Below, one piece after another: positions 28,680-37,199 of a DNA stretch of 64,000 nucleotides (positions are counted from its first letter, which is position 1; each line of letters opens with the position of its first letter). The stretch is from Patescibacteria group bacterium (GTDB lineage Bacteria; Patescibacteriota; Minisyncoccia; Ryanbacterales; GWA2-47-10b). The DNA lies in NCBI GenBank assembly GCA_038064855.1, contig JBBTSE010000007.1, positions 87,699 through 151,698 of the forward strand, given 5' to 3'. Both the position numbers and the translations under genes were made by a program. Below the pieces are notes generated by a model, which had not been told where the DNA came from, made no database searches, and worked only from the letters and a program-made list of their open reading frames with translations.

Positions 28680-29563
28680 TGCAAGATGATGATACCAACC
28701 ACGCCATTTAGTGCAAGTAAAATCCAAAAGGCATTTGGATGATGAGCGAGTGGGATATTGGTAATATTCATACCAAAGAGATTAATGACCACTTGCAACG
28801 GAAGCAATATAAAAGATACTGCTGTCAGAAATCTCACCGCTTCGTTGACACTTACTGACAAGAGCGAGACATTGGTCTCGTAGATGACATTGAGTGTCGC
28901 GCGCAGATCTTCGACGATGTTCCAAAGTTGTGTATACTCGCCGAGGATATCATTGAAATAAGGGGACGCATCAGGTCCAAAAAATTTCTTGCCGTGTTCA
29001 GCGAGCGATTTGAGCACCGTCTCTTGTGGCTTGAGGGCTTTTTGAAAATTGAGAATATCACGACGCAATCCCGATATTTCTTGGAGCGCCGAGCGTTCGT
29101 TGCCACTAAATACTTTTTCTTGCACGGCGTCTATTCGTTTTTCAAGCACACGAAGCTCGTCGCGCGATGCGGCAAAAAGCTGTTTAATGATCTGGTAGAG
29201 GAGCTGACCTGATGATCTGCCAAATTTGCGTTCCCGGACCGCTTCGTGCCCTGCCAAAAATTGCTGGAAATCATCGAGATGGGGGATGTCCTCATAATGG
29301 ACCGTGATGAGCGTATAGGGAAAGATGACAAAATCAATCTCACGACTCAAAGTAGCGGTTGTTTTCTTGTCGCACACAGGAAAATGCAACACCAAATAGA
29401 GATGATCGTCGTAGTCTTCAAGTTTTGGGCGATAGGTCGCCGTCAAAAGCTCTTGGGCAACGAGTGGATGAATACTATACCGGTGAACTAAATCACCGAT
29501 TTTTTCTTCCGTCGGTTGCTCAAGATCTATCCAAGAGACATGTCGTGATGACACTTTGTCCAT
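28652..29563 (-). CDS. corA: CorA-family Mg2+ transporter
   Basis: WIDL, RPKLEDY, FGMN signature between two C-terminal TMs. Confidence 0.88.
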   Translation of the reverse strand: MDKVSSRHVSWIDLEQPTEEKIGDLVHRYSIHPLVAQELLTATYRPKLEDYDDHLYLVLHFPVCDKKTTATLSREIDFVIFPYTLITVHYEDIPHLDDFQQFLAGHEAVRERKFGRSSGQLLYQIIKQLFAASRDELRVLEKRIDAVQEKVFSGNERSALQEISGLRRDILNFQKALKPQETVLKSLAEHGKKFFGPDASPYFNDILGEYTQLWNIVEDLRATLNVIYETNVSLLSVSVNEAVRFLTAVSFILLPLQVVINLFGMNITNIPLAHHPNAFWILLALNGVVGIIILQWLRQKDWL

Positions 29564-29628
29564 GGCTCCAGTATACCCGATATTTTCCCTTGCCCGCAAT
29601 ACAAAAGTATGGGAAACTAGTGAGGATT

Positions 29629-30849
29629 ATGGGTAATGAGCGGCGTTTTTTTGTTTTTGTTACAGCGTTGGTGATTGTCACTAGTTCTTTCGGCATTGGC
29701 GCATGGTTCGGATTCAATGAGCGCGCTTCGATCGAGCGAGTGTTGGGCGTCGTAAACCAATTGCCATCGGGCGATCTTACTGAAAAACTAAAAGAGGTTG
29801 ATTTTGAACCATTTTGGAAGGCATGGGAGGCAGTCGAGCGCAAACATATCACTGATAATCCTATCGATCGGCAGGCGATGGTGTGGGGTGCTATTCAAGG
29901 TATGGTGGGGAGCTTAGGCGATCCGTATACCGTCTTTTTTCCACCCAAAGATCATGAAGATTTTCAGAGTGAAATCAAGGGCGAGTTCTCGGGTATCGGC
30001 GCGGAGATTGGTATCCGCAAAGAAATTTTGACTGTTATCGCGCCAATCAAAGGTTCTCCGTCAGAACGCGCGGGACTCAAAGCGGGTGATAAGGTGCTCA
30101 AGATTGATGATGCCTACACTGAAAATCTTACGCTCGATCAAGCAATTCATAAGATCAGGGGTGAGCGAGGCACGAAAGTCGTGCTTACGATAGCGCGTAC
30201 CGGTGAAGATAAACCGCGCGAAATTTCTATCATGCGTGATGTTATCCGCATGCCCATTATCGTTACAGAAAAGAAAGGCGATGTCTTTGTGGTTACACTC
30301 TTTAGTTTCTCGCAGAATTCGAGCGAAGAATTTCAAAAAGCCGTCCGCGAGTTTTTGCGATCAGGTGCTAGCAAGTTTGTGCTCGATCTTCGTAATAACC
30401 CCGGTGGGTATCTCCATAGTTCAGTCGATATCGCAAGCTGGTGGTTGCCCGAGGGCGAGGTGGTTGCGCGTGAAGAATTTCGTAATCGTGAAGCAACTAT
30501 TTACCGTAGCGCAGGTTTTGGAGCGCTCGAAAAAATACCTACGGTTTTGCTGGTCAACCAAGGTTCCGCGTCAGCGTCAGAGATTCTGGCAGGAGCACTC
30601 CAAGAGCACAAAAAAGCGACCATTATTGGTGAACGAACATTTGGCAAGGGCTCAGTACAAGAGCTTGAAGACATTACCGACAAGACTTCGCTCAAAATCA
30701 CCATCGCACGATGGACGACACCATCAGGTAAGTCGATTTCCAAAGAAGGACTCGCGCCTGATATCGAGGTTAAGTTCGATCCCCAAGGCGATCCTGCAAA
30801 AGACATACAGCTCGAACGCGCCCTTGAGCACTTGCGCACCACGCGCTAG
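29629..30849 (+). CDS. Carboxy-terminal processing protease (S41) with PDZ
   Basis: DPYT, GIGAEI, DLRNNPGG, SASASEI, TFGKGSVQ. Confidence 0.92.
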   Translation: MGNERRFFVFVTALVIVTSSFGIGAWFGFNERASIERVLGVVNQLPSGDLTEKLKEVDFEPFWKAWEAVERKHITDNPIDRQAMVWGAIQGMVGSLGDPYTVFFPPKDHEDFQSEIKGEFSGIGAEIGIRKEILTVIAPIKGSPSERAGLKAGDKVLKIDDAYTENLTLDQAIHKIRGERGTKVVLTIARTGEDKPREISIMRDVIRMPIIVTEKKGDVFVVTLFSFSQNSSEEFQKAVREFLRSGASKFVLDLRNNPGGYLHSSVDIASWWLPEGEVVAREEFRNREATIYRSAGFGALEKIPTVLLVNQGSASASEILAGALQEHKKATIIGERTFGKGSVQELEDITDKTSLKITIARWTTPSGKSISKEGLAPDIEVKFDPQGDPAKDIQLERALEHLRTTR

Positions 30850-30858
30850 GATACTTCT

Positions 30859-31308
30859 ATGAAAGTCATTCTCCTCAAAGATGTTCCTCAGCTCGGCCAA
30901 CAGGGGAGGATTCTCACGGTAAAAGATGGCTACGGGCGCAATTTTTTGATACCCCAAGGCCTCGCTCGCGAGGCAGATAAAAAAGCAGTAAAAATGGTGG
31001 AAGACACCAAAGTAGCTCAAGCGCGCCGGCTTGCCGAAAAGGCTGAAGCTCTCGAAGCAGAGAAGAAAGCTTTGAGTCAGGTGGCATTAGTATTTCATAA
31101 GCCAGCAAATGAGCACGGCCATTTGTTTGCCGCAGTCACTGCCGATGATGTCATCGCTGAACTCCGCCGTCGCCGGTTTCATACCATTGAAAAAGATCAG
31201 CTTTGGGGCTTGCCGATCAAGCTCGTGGGCAAACACGATGTAGAGATCAAGATGAAAAAAGAGCGCATGTATATTTCGGTGCGCGTCGAGGCGGAAAAGA
31301 AAAAATAA
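30859..31308 (+). CDS. rplI: 50S ribosomal protein L9
   Basis: MKVILLKDV, VKDGYGRNFLIPQGLA, LFAAVT. Confidence 0.93.
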   Translation: MKVILLKDVPQLGQQGRILTVKDGYGRNFLIPQGLAREADKKAVKMVEDTKVAQARRLAEKAEALEAEKKALSQVALVFHKPANEHGHLFAAVTADDVIAELRRRRFHTIEKDQLWGLPIKLVGKHDVEIKMKKERMYISVRVEAEKKK

Positions 31309-31310
31309 AT

Positions 31311-32939
31311 ATGCGTAAATATATCTTTGTAACTGGCGGGGTTATGTCGGGTATTGGCAAGGGCGTCGCTACCGCATCGCTTGCCAAGATTTTACAGTCC
31401 TATGGCTTTCGGGTGTCGGCGATGAAGATCGATCCGTACATCAATATCGATGCCGGTACGATGAATCCGACCGAACACGGTGAGGTATTTGTGACGGATG
31501 ATGGTCTTGAATGCGATCAAGACATTGGCAACTATGAGCGTTTTTTGGGTATTTCACTCCATCGCGTCAATTATATGACGACAGGCATGGTGTATCTTTC
31601 GATGATTCAGAAAGAACGCAACCTCGAATACGGTGGTAAATGTGTACAGGTGGTACCTCATGTGCCCGAAGAAGTTATCATGCGCGTTGAGAAAGCTGCC
31701 GAGAGTACCAAATCAGATATTATGCTTATCGAGATTGGCGGTACGGTAGGGGATTATGAAAATCTTTTGTTCTTGGAGGCGGCGCGCATCATGAAGTTGC
31801 GCAAACCTGGTAATGTGCTTTTTGTACTTGTTAGCTATTTGCCGGTACCAGGTGTCATTGGTGAGATGAAGACTCGCCCAACCCAACACGCCTCGCGCGC
31901 GCTCAATGTCGCTGGTATTCAGGCAGATATTATTCTTGCGCGTTCGGCCGTACCCATCGATAAACCTCGTAAAGAAAAGCTTTCGTTTGCGCTCAACTTG
32001 CGTGACGAAGATATTATATCGGCACCGGATGTAAAATCTATCTACGAAGTTCCACTCAATTTTGAAAAAGATCAGCTTGGTACTATTGTGCTCAAGAAGC
32101 TCGGTCTCAAAAAGAAAAAAACGGATCTGCGTGAATGGAAAAAACTTGTATCTACTATCCGCAATACTAAAAAACCTCGTGTGCGTGTCGGTATCGTAGG
32201 TAAATATTTTACCACCGGTGCGTTTGTACTTTCTGATTCATATCTCTCGGTCATTGAAGCACTCAAACATGCCGCATGGTCTTGCAAGCATGAGGCAGAA
32301 ATTTTATGGCTTGATGCTGAAGAATACGAAAAACATCCCGAAAAACTCAGCGAGCTCAAAGTGCTTGATGGCGTGGTAGTACCGGGCGGGTTTGGTTCAC
32401 GAGGTATCGAGGGCAAGATCAAAGTGATCGAGTTTTGTCGTAAAGAGAAGATACCGTTTTTTGGTCTTTGCTACGGTCTTCAGCTTGCGGTCGTAGAATA
32501 CGCGCGCAATGTAGCCAAGCTTGAAGGTGCGCACACCGAAGAGATCACCAGAAAAAGCGAATATCCGGTGATTCATATCTTGCCCGAACAGCAAGCACTT
32601 TTGGATAAGAAAGATTACGGCGGCTCAATGCGTCTAGGCCTTTACGATTGTAAGATTACTAAGAACACGATTGCCGCGCGTGCGTACGGCAAAGACAAGA
32701 TCAAAGAACGCCATCGCCACCGCTACGAGGTAAATGCGCAGTTTTTGCCGAAGCTGATAAAGAGGGGACTAGTAGTTTCTGGTATCAACCCTCAGCGCAA
32801 TTTAGTAGAAATAATCGAACTTGTAGGTCATCCATTTTTTGTAGGTACGCAATTTCATCCTGAACTTATATCACGCCCACTCACACCACATCCGCTCTTT
32901 TGCGAATTCATCCGCGCAGCCATCAAGAGGCATAAATAG
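31311..32939 (+). CDS. pyrG: CTP synthase
   Basis: KYIFVTGGVMSGIGKG, EHGEVFV, GLCYG, RHRHRYE, QFHPE. Confidence 0.97.
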   Translation: MRKYIFVTGGVMSGIGKGVATASLAKILQSYGFRVSAMKIDPYINIDAGTMNPTEHGEVFVTDDGLECDQDIGNYERFLGISLHRVNYMTTGMVYLSMIQKERNLEYGGKCVQVVPHVPEEVIMRVEKAAESTKSDIMLIEIGGTVGDYENLLFLEAARIMKLRKPGNVLFVLVSYLPVPGVIGEMKTRPTQHASRALNVAGIQADIILARSAVPIDKPRKEKLSFALNLRDEDIISAPDVKSIYEVPLNFEKDQLGTIVLKKLGLKKKKTDLREWKKLVSTIRNTKKPRVRVGIVGKYFTTGAFVLSDSYLSVIEALKHAAWSCKHEAEILWLDAEEYEKHPEKLSELKVLDGVVVPGGFGSRGIEGKIKVIEFCRKEKIPFFGLCYGLQLAVVEYARNVAKLEGAHTEEITRKSEYPVIHILPEQQALLDKKDYGGSMRLGLYDCKITKNTIAARAYGKDKIKERHRHRYEVNAQFLPKLIKRGLVVSGINPQRNLVEIIELVGHPFFVGTQFHPELISRPLTPHPLFCEFIRAAIKRHK

Positions 32940-32946
32940 GTGTATA

Positions 32947-32975
32947 TTGACAAATATATAAAAATCTGATATAAT
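32947..32975 (+). promoter_or_regulatory. Perfect sigma70 consensus promoter
   Basis: TTGACA (32947-32952), 17 bp spacer, TATAAT (32970-32975). Confidence 0.85.
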
Positions 32976-33040
32976 GTATATCAGGTAACTTTGGCATGCT
33001 CTGGCGGCGGATGCTGTGGAGCGAGAGAGGAGAGAGGATC

Positions 33041-33343
33041 ATGCTGTTCTTTGCAACTTTGGGATATGGGGTCGTGGTGCTGGTGGCGATGCTGCTCGTG
33101 CCGCGTACGGCATTTGTGACGGGTACCATCGCTACTGCGATGGGGATGGGCTGGATCGGCTGGCCCATCAGCGACTTCCCGACATTTGTGCTCGCGCATA
33201 TTCTCGTCTTCGGTATTGGCGGACTCGCCGCCTGCCTCGACGGTCACTACTGGTACATGCGTCACAAGCACCGGCAACAGGCGATTCTTCTCGATGAGGA
33301 GGATGTCGATGGGGAGCCCGAGGCTGCGGACGCACGCGCCTGA
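33041..33343 (+). CDS. Small GC-rich membrane protein, unknown function
   Basis: About 3 hydrophobic segments; purine-rich SD (GAGGAGAGAGGA) before ATG 33041; own promoter and terminator. Confidence 0.6.
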   Translation: MLFFATLGYGVVVLVAMLLVPRTAFVTGTIATAMGMGWIGWPISDFPTFVLAHILVFGIGGLAACLDGHYWYMRHKHRQQAILLDEEDVDGEPEAADARA

Positions 33344-33380
33344 CCTCACAACCAATCGGCGCCTACAGGCGTCACAACAG

Positions 33381-33414
33381 AAAAGGACCTTTCGCATCAG
33401 CGGAAGGTCCTTTT
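33381..33414. terminator. Bidirectional terminator
   Basis: AAAAGGACCTTTCGC-atca-GCGGAAGGTCCTTTT. Confidence 0.85.
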
Positions 33415-33434
33415 AACTTTTATATGAGAAGTAT

Positions 33435-33707
33435 TTAGACAACGCTGACCAATTTTCTGATGACCGTGGTGCCATCAAAGTGGCGTTTACGCATGTCAGA
33501 AAATTTTACTTTACCTGCATGCATTGCGAAAAGGGTGTCGTCCTTGCCTTTACGCACACCAAGTCCTGGGATAAAGTGGCTACCGCGCTGACGGATGATA
33601 ATCGAGCCGGTTTTGGCAACCTGCCCACCAAAAAGCTTCACCCCGAGGTATTGGGGGTTTGAGTCGCGTAGGTTTGTCGTTGATCCACCTGCTTTTGTAT
33701 GTGCCAT
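33435..33707 (-). CDS. rpmA: 50S ribosomal protein L27
   Basis: [34 protein letters not shown]. Confidence 0.96.
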   Translation of the reverse strand: MAHTKAGGSTTNLRDSNPQYLGVKLFGGQVAKTGSIIIRQRGSHFIPGLGVRKGKDDTLFAMHAGKVKFSDMRKRHFDGTTVIRKLVSVV

Positions 33708-33751
33708 AGTTAAATATTAGCGATAAAATATAACTCAATTACAATAGATAT

Positions 33752-34084
33752 ATGCTACATCAGTTTATCGAAAAGATCAAGGGCTTGATAGAAATGTATT
33801 TTTGGGGATTCGCTCTCTTTTTGGCGGTTGTCCTTTTGGTGGGGGTATGGCGCCTTTTTGCGGTACAACAGGCCCTATTTGAACCAAAACTGGTACCAAA
33901 TGCCTTTGAAATACTACTTGATGGACGGGTTGAGGGGGATTTTGTGGCGAGCAAAAATGGCACCGTATATTACCCCAAAGCGTGCAAATCAGCCTCACGG
34001 ATCAAGGAAGAAAACCGCCTCTTTTTTGCCTCTGCACTAGAGGCCGAGGGCGCCGGCTTTCGGCGTAGTGCGCAGTGCAAATGA
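33752..34084 (+). CDS. Membrane-anchored protein with Ada-metal-binding-like C-terminal domain
   Basis: TM then FVASKNGTVYYPKAC...F.S..EAEGAGFR. Confidence 0.6.
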   Translation: MLHQFIEKIKGLIEMYFWGFALFLAVVLLVGVWRLFAVQQALFEPKLVPNAFEILLDGRVEGDFVASKNGTVYYPKACKSASRIKEENRLFFASALEAEGAGFRRSAQCK

Positions 34085-34091
34085 TAAGACA

Positions 34092-35264
34092 CTAGGCGGG
34101 GCTCTCTTCATCGGGTAGTGCGTTTTTGGTAGACGCTTTGAGCATCGTAAATCGTTTGACGATGCGTGCTTCAGCGAGCAGGCGCTCATGAAGATCTTCG
34201 GGCAGTTTTGGTAAAAGTTTTTTTAGTTTTTTATCATCGGGGGATAGTATATGTTGCCAAAAGTCTGTAGGCTCAAGGATTGAGGTGATTTTAGTCGCAT
34301 CCCAGCTGGTGCGCTCTTGTGTCGAGCGTGCGAGTGATCCACCCTCACCAAACACACGATCAAGTTTTTGTGCATCAAGATATTGGTTGATGCTAGCGGT
34401 GATCTCTGAAAGTCTATCTTCCCGTTCGCCAATCTCGCGTTTGAGCGTAAAGTATTCTTTGATCAGGGGACGCGCATCATCAGGCGGCGCATCTTTTTCT
34501 TGCGCACGGTACAGATGCCGCCACGCGGGGCAGATGGATTTATATCCACACCAATCGCAAAGCGCGTTTGGCTTGGCGGGGAATTCCTTTGTCTCAATGC
34601 GCGCTTCGATCGAATGGATGGTATCTAAAATTTGTTGGCGTGTGTTATCAAGATCTTGGCGCGTGCGGCGGGTGACAAGCTTTTCGCCTGCTTTCATAAA
34701 GTAAAGTGCGAGCGTTACATGTTCGGGATCGATATGTGGCCACTTTTTTTCGAGTGCCAGCTGGTAGATGGCCAGCTGCATATTGGCATCGACTGTTTCT
34801 TGGGCGGGAAGTTTGCGCGAAGTTTTATAATCAATAATTTCAAATAAACCTTCACCGGTTTTATCGATGCGATCGATACTGCCGGCGATGGTGTGGGTGA
34901 TGCCCGTCTTCGGGTCTTCGAGCGGTACCTCAAAGCGTGATTCTAGATCTATAACATCAAAGTTCCACGGTGGATTTTTTTCATAATACACGCGTATCAT
35001 GCGCTCACCAGATTCCAAGTACCGCGCCTTGTCAGCATCAGCGACTGATTGGCTATCAGCAAATGATTCACGAAAATGCGCCAATACCTCTTCAAGAGTC
35101 GGAAAGAGGGGATCCCGAGAAAACATAAAGCGCATAGCACTATGTATAGAAGTACCAAAAATAGACTCTTTGCCTTTGGGTACGCGTTTGTGCTCAATAT
35201 GCTCGTACTCATATTTCTGCGGGCACTGATTGTATGTTTCGAGCGCTGAAAATGAAACTCTCAT
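34092..35264 (-). CDS. PD-(D/E)XK nuclease (RecB/AddB/Cas4-like, probable Fe-S)
   Basis: SFSALETYNQCP, FGTSIH, GSIDRID, IIDYKT, QLAIY, CDWCGYKSIC. Confidence 0.85.
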   Translation of the reverse strand: MRVSFSALETYNQCPQKYEYEHIEHKRVPKGKESIFGTSIHSAMRFMFSRDPLFPTLEEVLAHFRESFADSQSVADADKARYLESGERMIRVYYEKNPPWNFDVIDLESRFEVPLEDPKTGITHTIAGSIDRIDKTGEGLFEIIDYKTSRKLPAQETVDANMQLAIYQLALEKKWPHIDPEHVTLALYFMKAGEKLVTRRTRQDLDNTRQQILDTIHSIEARIETKEFPAKPNALCDWCGYKSICPAWRHLYRAQEKDAPPDDARPLIKEYFTLKREIGEREDRLSEITASINQYLDAQKLDRVFGEGGSLARSTQERTSWDATKITSILEPTDFWQHILSPDDKKLKKLLPKLPEDLHERLLAEARIVKRFTMLKASTKNALPDEESPA

Positions 35265-35320
35265 GTACCTAGTCTACAGGAAAACCAGCGGCAGGGAGAA
35301 GGGCTTTCTCAATAGATAAC

Positions 35321-35348
35321 AGGTCGCACAAACCTAGTTTGTCGACAC
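35321..35348. other. Putative dif-like (Xer) recombination site 1
   Basis: AGGTCGCACAA-acctag-TTTGTCGACAC (11-6-11); shares TAACAGGTCGCACAA with site 2. Confidence 0.5.
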
Positions 35349-35353
35349 TCGTA

Positions 35354-35391
35354 CAAAAACAAGCAAAAACCGCCTTTCGGCGGTATTGCTT
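35354..35391 (-). terminator. Intrinsic terminator for the minus-strand sORF transcript
   Basis: On - strand AAGCAATACCGCC-gaaa-GGCGGTTTTTGCTT followed by GTTTTT. Confidence 0.7.
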
Positions 35392-35395
35392 CAAA

Positions 35396-35452
35396 TCATC
35401 TCTTGATTTCTCGTACTAGGATGATCAAGAGAATTAGTGTAAGTATCGTCAT
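35396..35452 (-). CDS. 18-aa hydrophobic peptide MTILTLILLIILVREIKR (type I toxin-like), not in ORF track
   Basis: Hand translation; upstream TTGACC-N16-TACTAT, 5' hairpin GGAAACCG/CGGTTTCC, terminator immediately downstream. Confidence 0.55.
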   Translation of the reverse strand: MTILTLILLIILVREIKR

Positions 35453-35632
35453 ATTGGTTTTTACCAAAATGGCGAACTGTATGGACTGGAAACCGATCTT
35501 CCTTCAAAACGGTTTCCAAAACAAATAGTAAATCAATCTTGACCTAGGTCAATATGCTGAGGGTCTTTAGCTGCTAATATATTTGTCGGGTTAAAAAGAG
35601 CAAAAAACTAGGAAAAATTGTAGTATGAAAGA

Positions 35633-36106
35633 ATGCAAAACTTCTTCTTATACTTGCAGCAGCTCGCGCTCTTGGCAAAAGATGATCCAGCCTCCATTTT
35701 ACTCTTACTCACGCTACTTTTTAGTATGTTGATTGTATGGTGGGGACGAAAGAAGACAAGATTGGAACTTATTAAAACAGAATCATTATTCTCAATTAGC
35801 ATAACCAACGCAAGTAAAGATTGGCGTATACAAATAGGCGAGTACGGCTATAAGACTTGGAACGGCCTGATACGTCGCAAGGGGCGTGATTCTGTAAACA
35901 TTGATGGATACCTCGGTCCAAGCAATCAGATTAATTTAGATTTTTTTGAAGATGGCCGGCCTGAGTTGATAGATACTAAAGCTATTTATTATATCTATGC
36001 CGAGGACACAACAGGAAAAGTTTACAGGAAATATAGTAAATTTTTTCTGATCAGTTGGATCATAAGATTATTCTTCTGGGTAAAAAGTAAGACCAAAACT
36101 CCCTAG
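35633..36106 (+). CDS. AT-rich membrane-anchored hypothetical protein
   Basis: 157-aa ORF with N-terminal TM; TAGTAT-N6-ATG; lies between the dif-like sites. Confidence 0.6.
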   Translation: MQNFFLYLQQLALLAKDDPASILLLLTLLFSMLIVWWGRKKTRLELIKTESLFSISITNASKDWRIQIGEYGYKTWNGLIRRKGRDSVNIDGYLGPSNQINLDFFEDGRPELIDTKAIYYIYAEDTTGKVYRKYSKFFLISWIIRLFFWVKSKTKTP

Positions 36107-36132
36107 GGGAGTAGGTTTTCGAGAAATGTAAC

Positions 36133-36160
36133 AGGTCGCACAACATAGATTTTGCGACCT
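36133..36160. other. Putative dif-like (Xer) recombination site 2
   Basis: AGGTCGCACAA-cataga-TTTTGCGACCT; arms 10/11 inverted. Confidence 0.6.
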
Positions 36161-36608
36161 ATCTACCATCTACTGTAATAACAAAGAACTTTTTATTTTT
36201 TACCCACGCAGTAATTACTTTGAATAAAGGCTTGGGTAATGCACTCACCTTTTGTGTCTTGGCTACAGGAATCCAATGAAATTCCAAATGATCTTCTTGT
36301 GAGCGTATTTCGTATTTTGACGGTTTTACTAAATACACCATATTTATCTCGTGGCGGTTTTTCTTTCCATCGTAGTAAAAGTTCTCGACCATACCTACAA
36401 GAGTCTGTTTTTTGACTGAAATTCCTAATTCTTCTTTTATCTCTCTTTTTAACGCGTCATCGCATGTCTCAAACATCTCAATATGACCGCCAGGCAAAAA
36501 GTATCGTTTGGTACCTATGCCAGTGCATAGTAGAATTTTTCCACGATGAATGATGATCGCGCGCGTTATAAGTTCTGGGTTTTTAGCTATACTATGATTT
36601 GTCTTCAT
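36159..36608 (-). CDS. NUDIX hydrolase
   Basis: Nudix box GGHIEMFETCDDALKREIKEELGI. Confidence 0.9.
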   Translation of the reverse strand: MKTNHSIAKNPELITRAIIIHRGKILLCTGIGTKRYFLPGGHIEMFETCDDALKREIKEELGISVKKQTLVGMVENFYYDGKKNRHEINMVYLVKPSKYEIRSQEDHLEFHWIPVAKTQKVSALPKPLFKVITAWVKNKKFFVITVDGR

Positions 36609-36727
36609 TGTCTAGGGGGTTATTAATCCTTTAATAACCGATTATGAACATTTTATCAACCTCCAGCACACAAGAATCGCTAAAATAGGGCTTGCAAGGT
36701 ATTTTTGGCGGGTTGATAGTGAGGGTA

Positions 36728-36925
36728 GATAAGGTTCCTTTTTTGCACGAGGGTCTCCCCTAGCGACCAATAAAAGAGGCTAGAAAATTGCATACTTTTG
36801 CAGGCTCGCACTCGAGCGCAAAGCTCATGAGCGCACAAAAGCTCGCGAAAAGCTCTGCACCATTCGCCTACAAACTTATTTTCGTATTTATTTGGGAGCC
36901 CTCATGCAAGAACGGGACTTTTTTT
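36728..36925 (+). ncRNA. Candidate structured ncRNA, 6S RNA-like
   Basis: 36731-36759 pairs with 36894-36920; central A/U-rich bubble; inner stems; upstream TTGCAA-N17-GATAGT; ends in a T-run. Confidence 0.55.
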
Positions 36926-36937
36926 ATTTATCCGATT

Positions 36938-37177
36938 TTACTTCCAGAGTCCTGATACGAGATCCCAAACTTTCCAAAAGAGTGCGGCCGCATAGTTTAT
37001 CCAAACCCATTTAATACCTTCCCAGAGAAACATAAAGTTTTCGGAAAGAGTTTTGTTGTTTACTAGTGAGCTTAAAGATACGCCAAGTAAACTCAAAATC
37101 ACCACCGAAAGGACGATGATAATGCCGAGCTGTATGATGCCTTTGCTGTAGCGTGTGGCGCGATTGGTACGGTTCAT
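36938..37177 (-). CDS. Small membrane protein with pilin-like N-terminus
   Basis: Basic leader then KG|IIQLGIIIVLSVVILSLLG; TATACT-N7-ATG. Confidence 0.6.
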   Translation of the reverse strand: MNRTNRATRYSKGIIQLGIIIVLSVVILSLLGVSLSSLVNNKTLSENFMFLWEGIKWVWINYAAALFWKVWDLVSGLWK

Positions 37178-37199
37178 TGGTTTTAGTATATCAAGTATT

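Noticed and set aside
24939-33707. Separation of rplU from rpmA and of rplI from dnaB as a special rearrangement
   Set aside because: Gene-order shuffling is expected in such genomes and no breakpoint signature was seen
34092-35264. Cas4/CRISPR system
   Set aside because: No repeat-spacer array or other cas genes; a stand-alone RecB-like nuclease explains it
35317-36165. Integron attC sites (TAAC precedes both palindromes)
   Set aside because: No matching terminal GTTRRRY, too short, flanking genes not co-oriented, and no integrase seen
36728-36925. SRP RNA, tmRNA or RNase P RNA identity
   Set aside because: Lacks the SRP domain IV motif, tRNA-like ends and RNase P conserved regions
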